Assembly (NCBI GenBank): GCA_965153285.1 | Contig: OZ229113.1 | Length of the DNA stretch: 64,000 bases | Direction: 5' to 3' (one strand) | Source of the DNA: Podarcis tiliguerta | Lineage: Eukaryota | In this document: positions 63,915 through 64,000 of the stretch, piece by piece | Layout of the letters: each line of letters starts with the position of its first letter | Numbering within the stretch: position 1 is the first letter of the stretch | The notes under the pieces: model-generated | What the model was told of the DNA's origin: nothing | Seen by the model: the letters and a program-made list of their open reading frames with translations, nothing else | Database searches by the model: none | Made by a program: the position numbers and the translations under genes

Positions 63915-64000
63915 GTGTGTGTATATTATTTTAAATGGGCCAAAGGGGAGGGCAATTTAGTTATGCAATTATTTACATAGTGATACAGTAAAATGTAATT

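Noticed and set aside
1-64000. Roughly 200 short six-frame ORFs as host genes
   Set aside because: All are 60-162 aa, many start at non-ATG codons, and none has recognisable domains except the LINE fragments. This is the expected background in eukaryotic non-coding DNA.
1-64000. CRISPR array, operon or prokaryotic defence system
   Set aside because: No regularly spaced repeat-spacer array and no dense coding sequence; the repeat content is vertebrate.

Overview
This is vertebrate, not prokaryotic, DNA. The repeat content (Sauria/Squam1 SINEs with ACCTTT tails, a Squam3-type SINE with a (CTT)n tail, BovB and another RTE LINE, L2, CR1, L1, hAT and Tc1/mariner MITEs) points to a squamate, most likely a lacertid lizard. 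I recognise no host protein-coding gene. The only ORFs with identifiable protein content are 5'-truncated LINE ORF2 fragments (L2, BovB, RTE). The window reads as a large intron or gene desert, with repeat-free AT-rich blocks between transposon fossils. The most interesting observation is a pair of diverged ~750-bp LTR-like or DIRS/Ngaro-like terminal-repeat elements (4545-5334 on -, 49214-49944 on +). They share a ~105-nt multi-stem RNA fold with compensatory substitutions, and its core resembles an ENE, the poly(A)-binding triple-helix element. Also noted: a BovB nested in a solo LTR, an inverted MITE pair, a CTCF site with its upstream motif, and several + strand micro-exon candidates. All family names come from my recognition of the sequence, not from database searches, and coordinates of old repeats are approximate.
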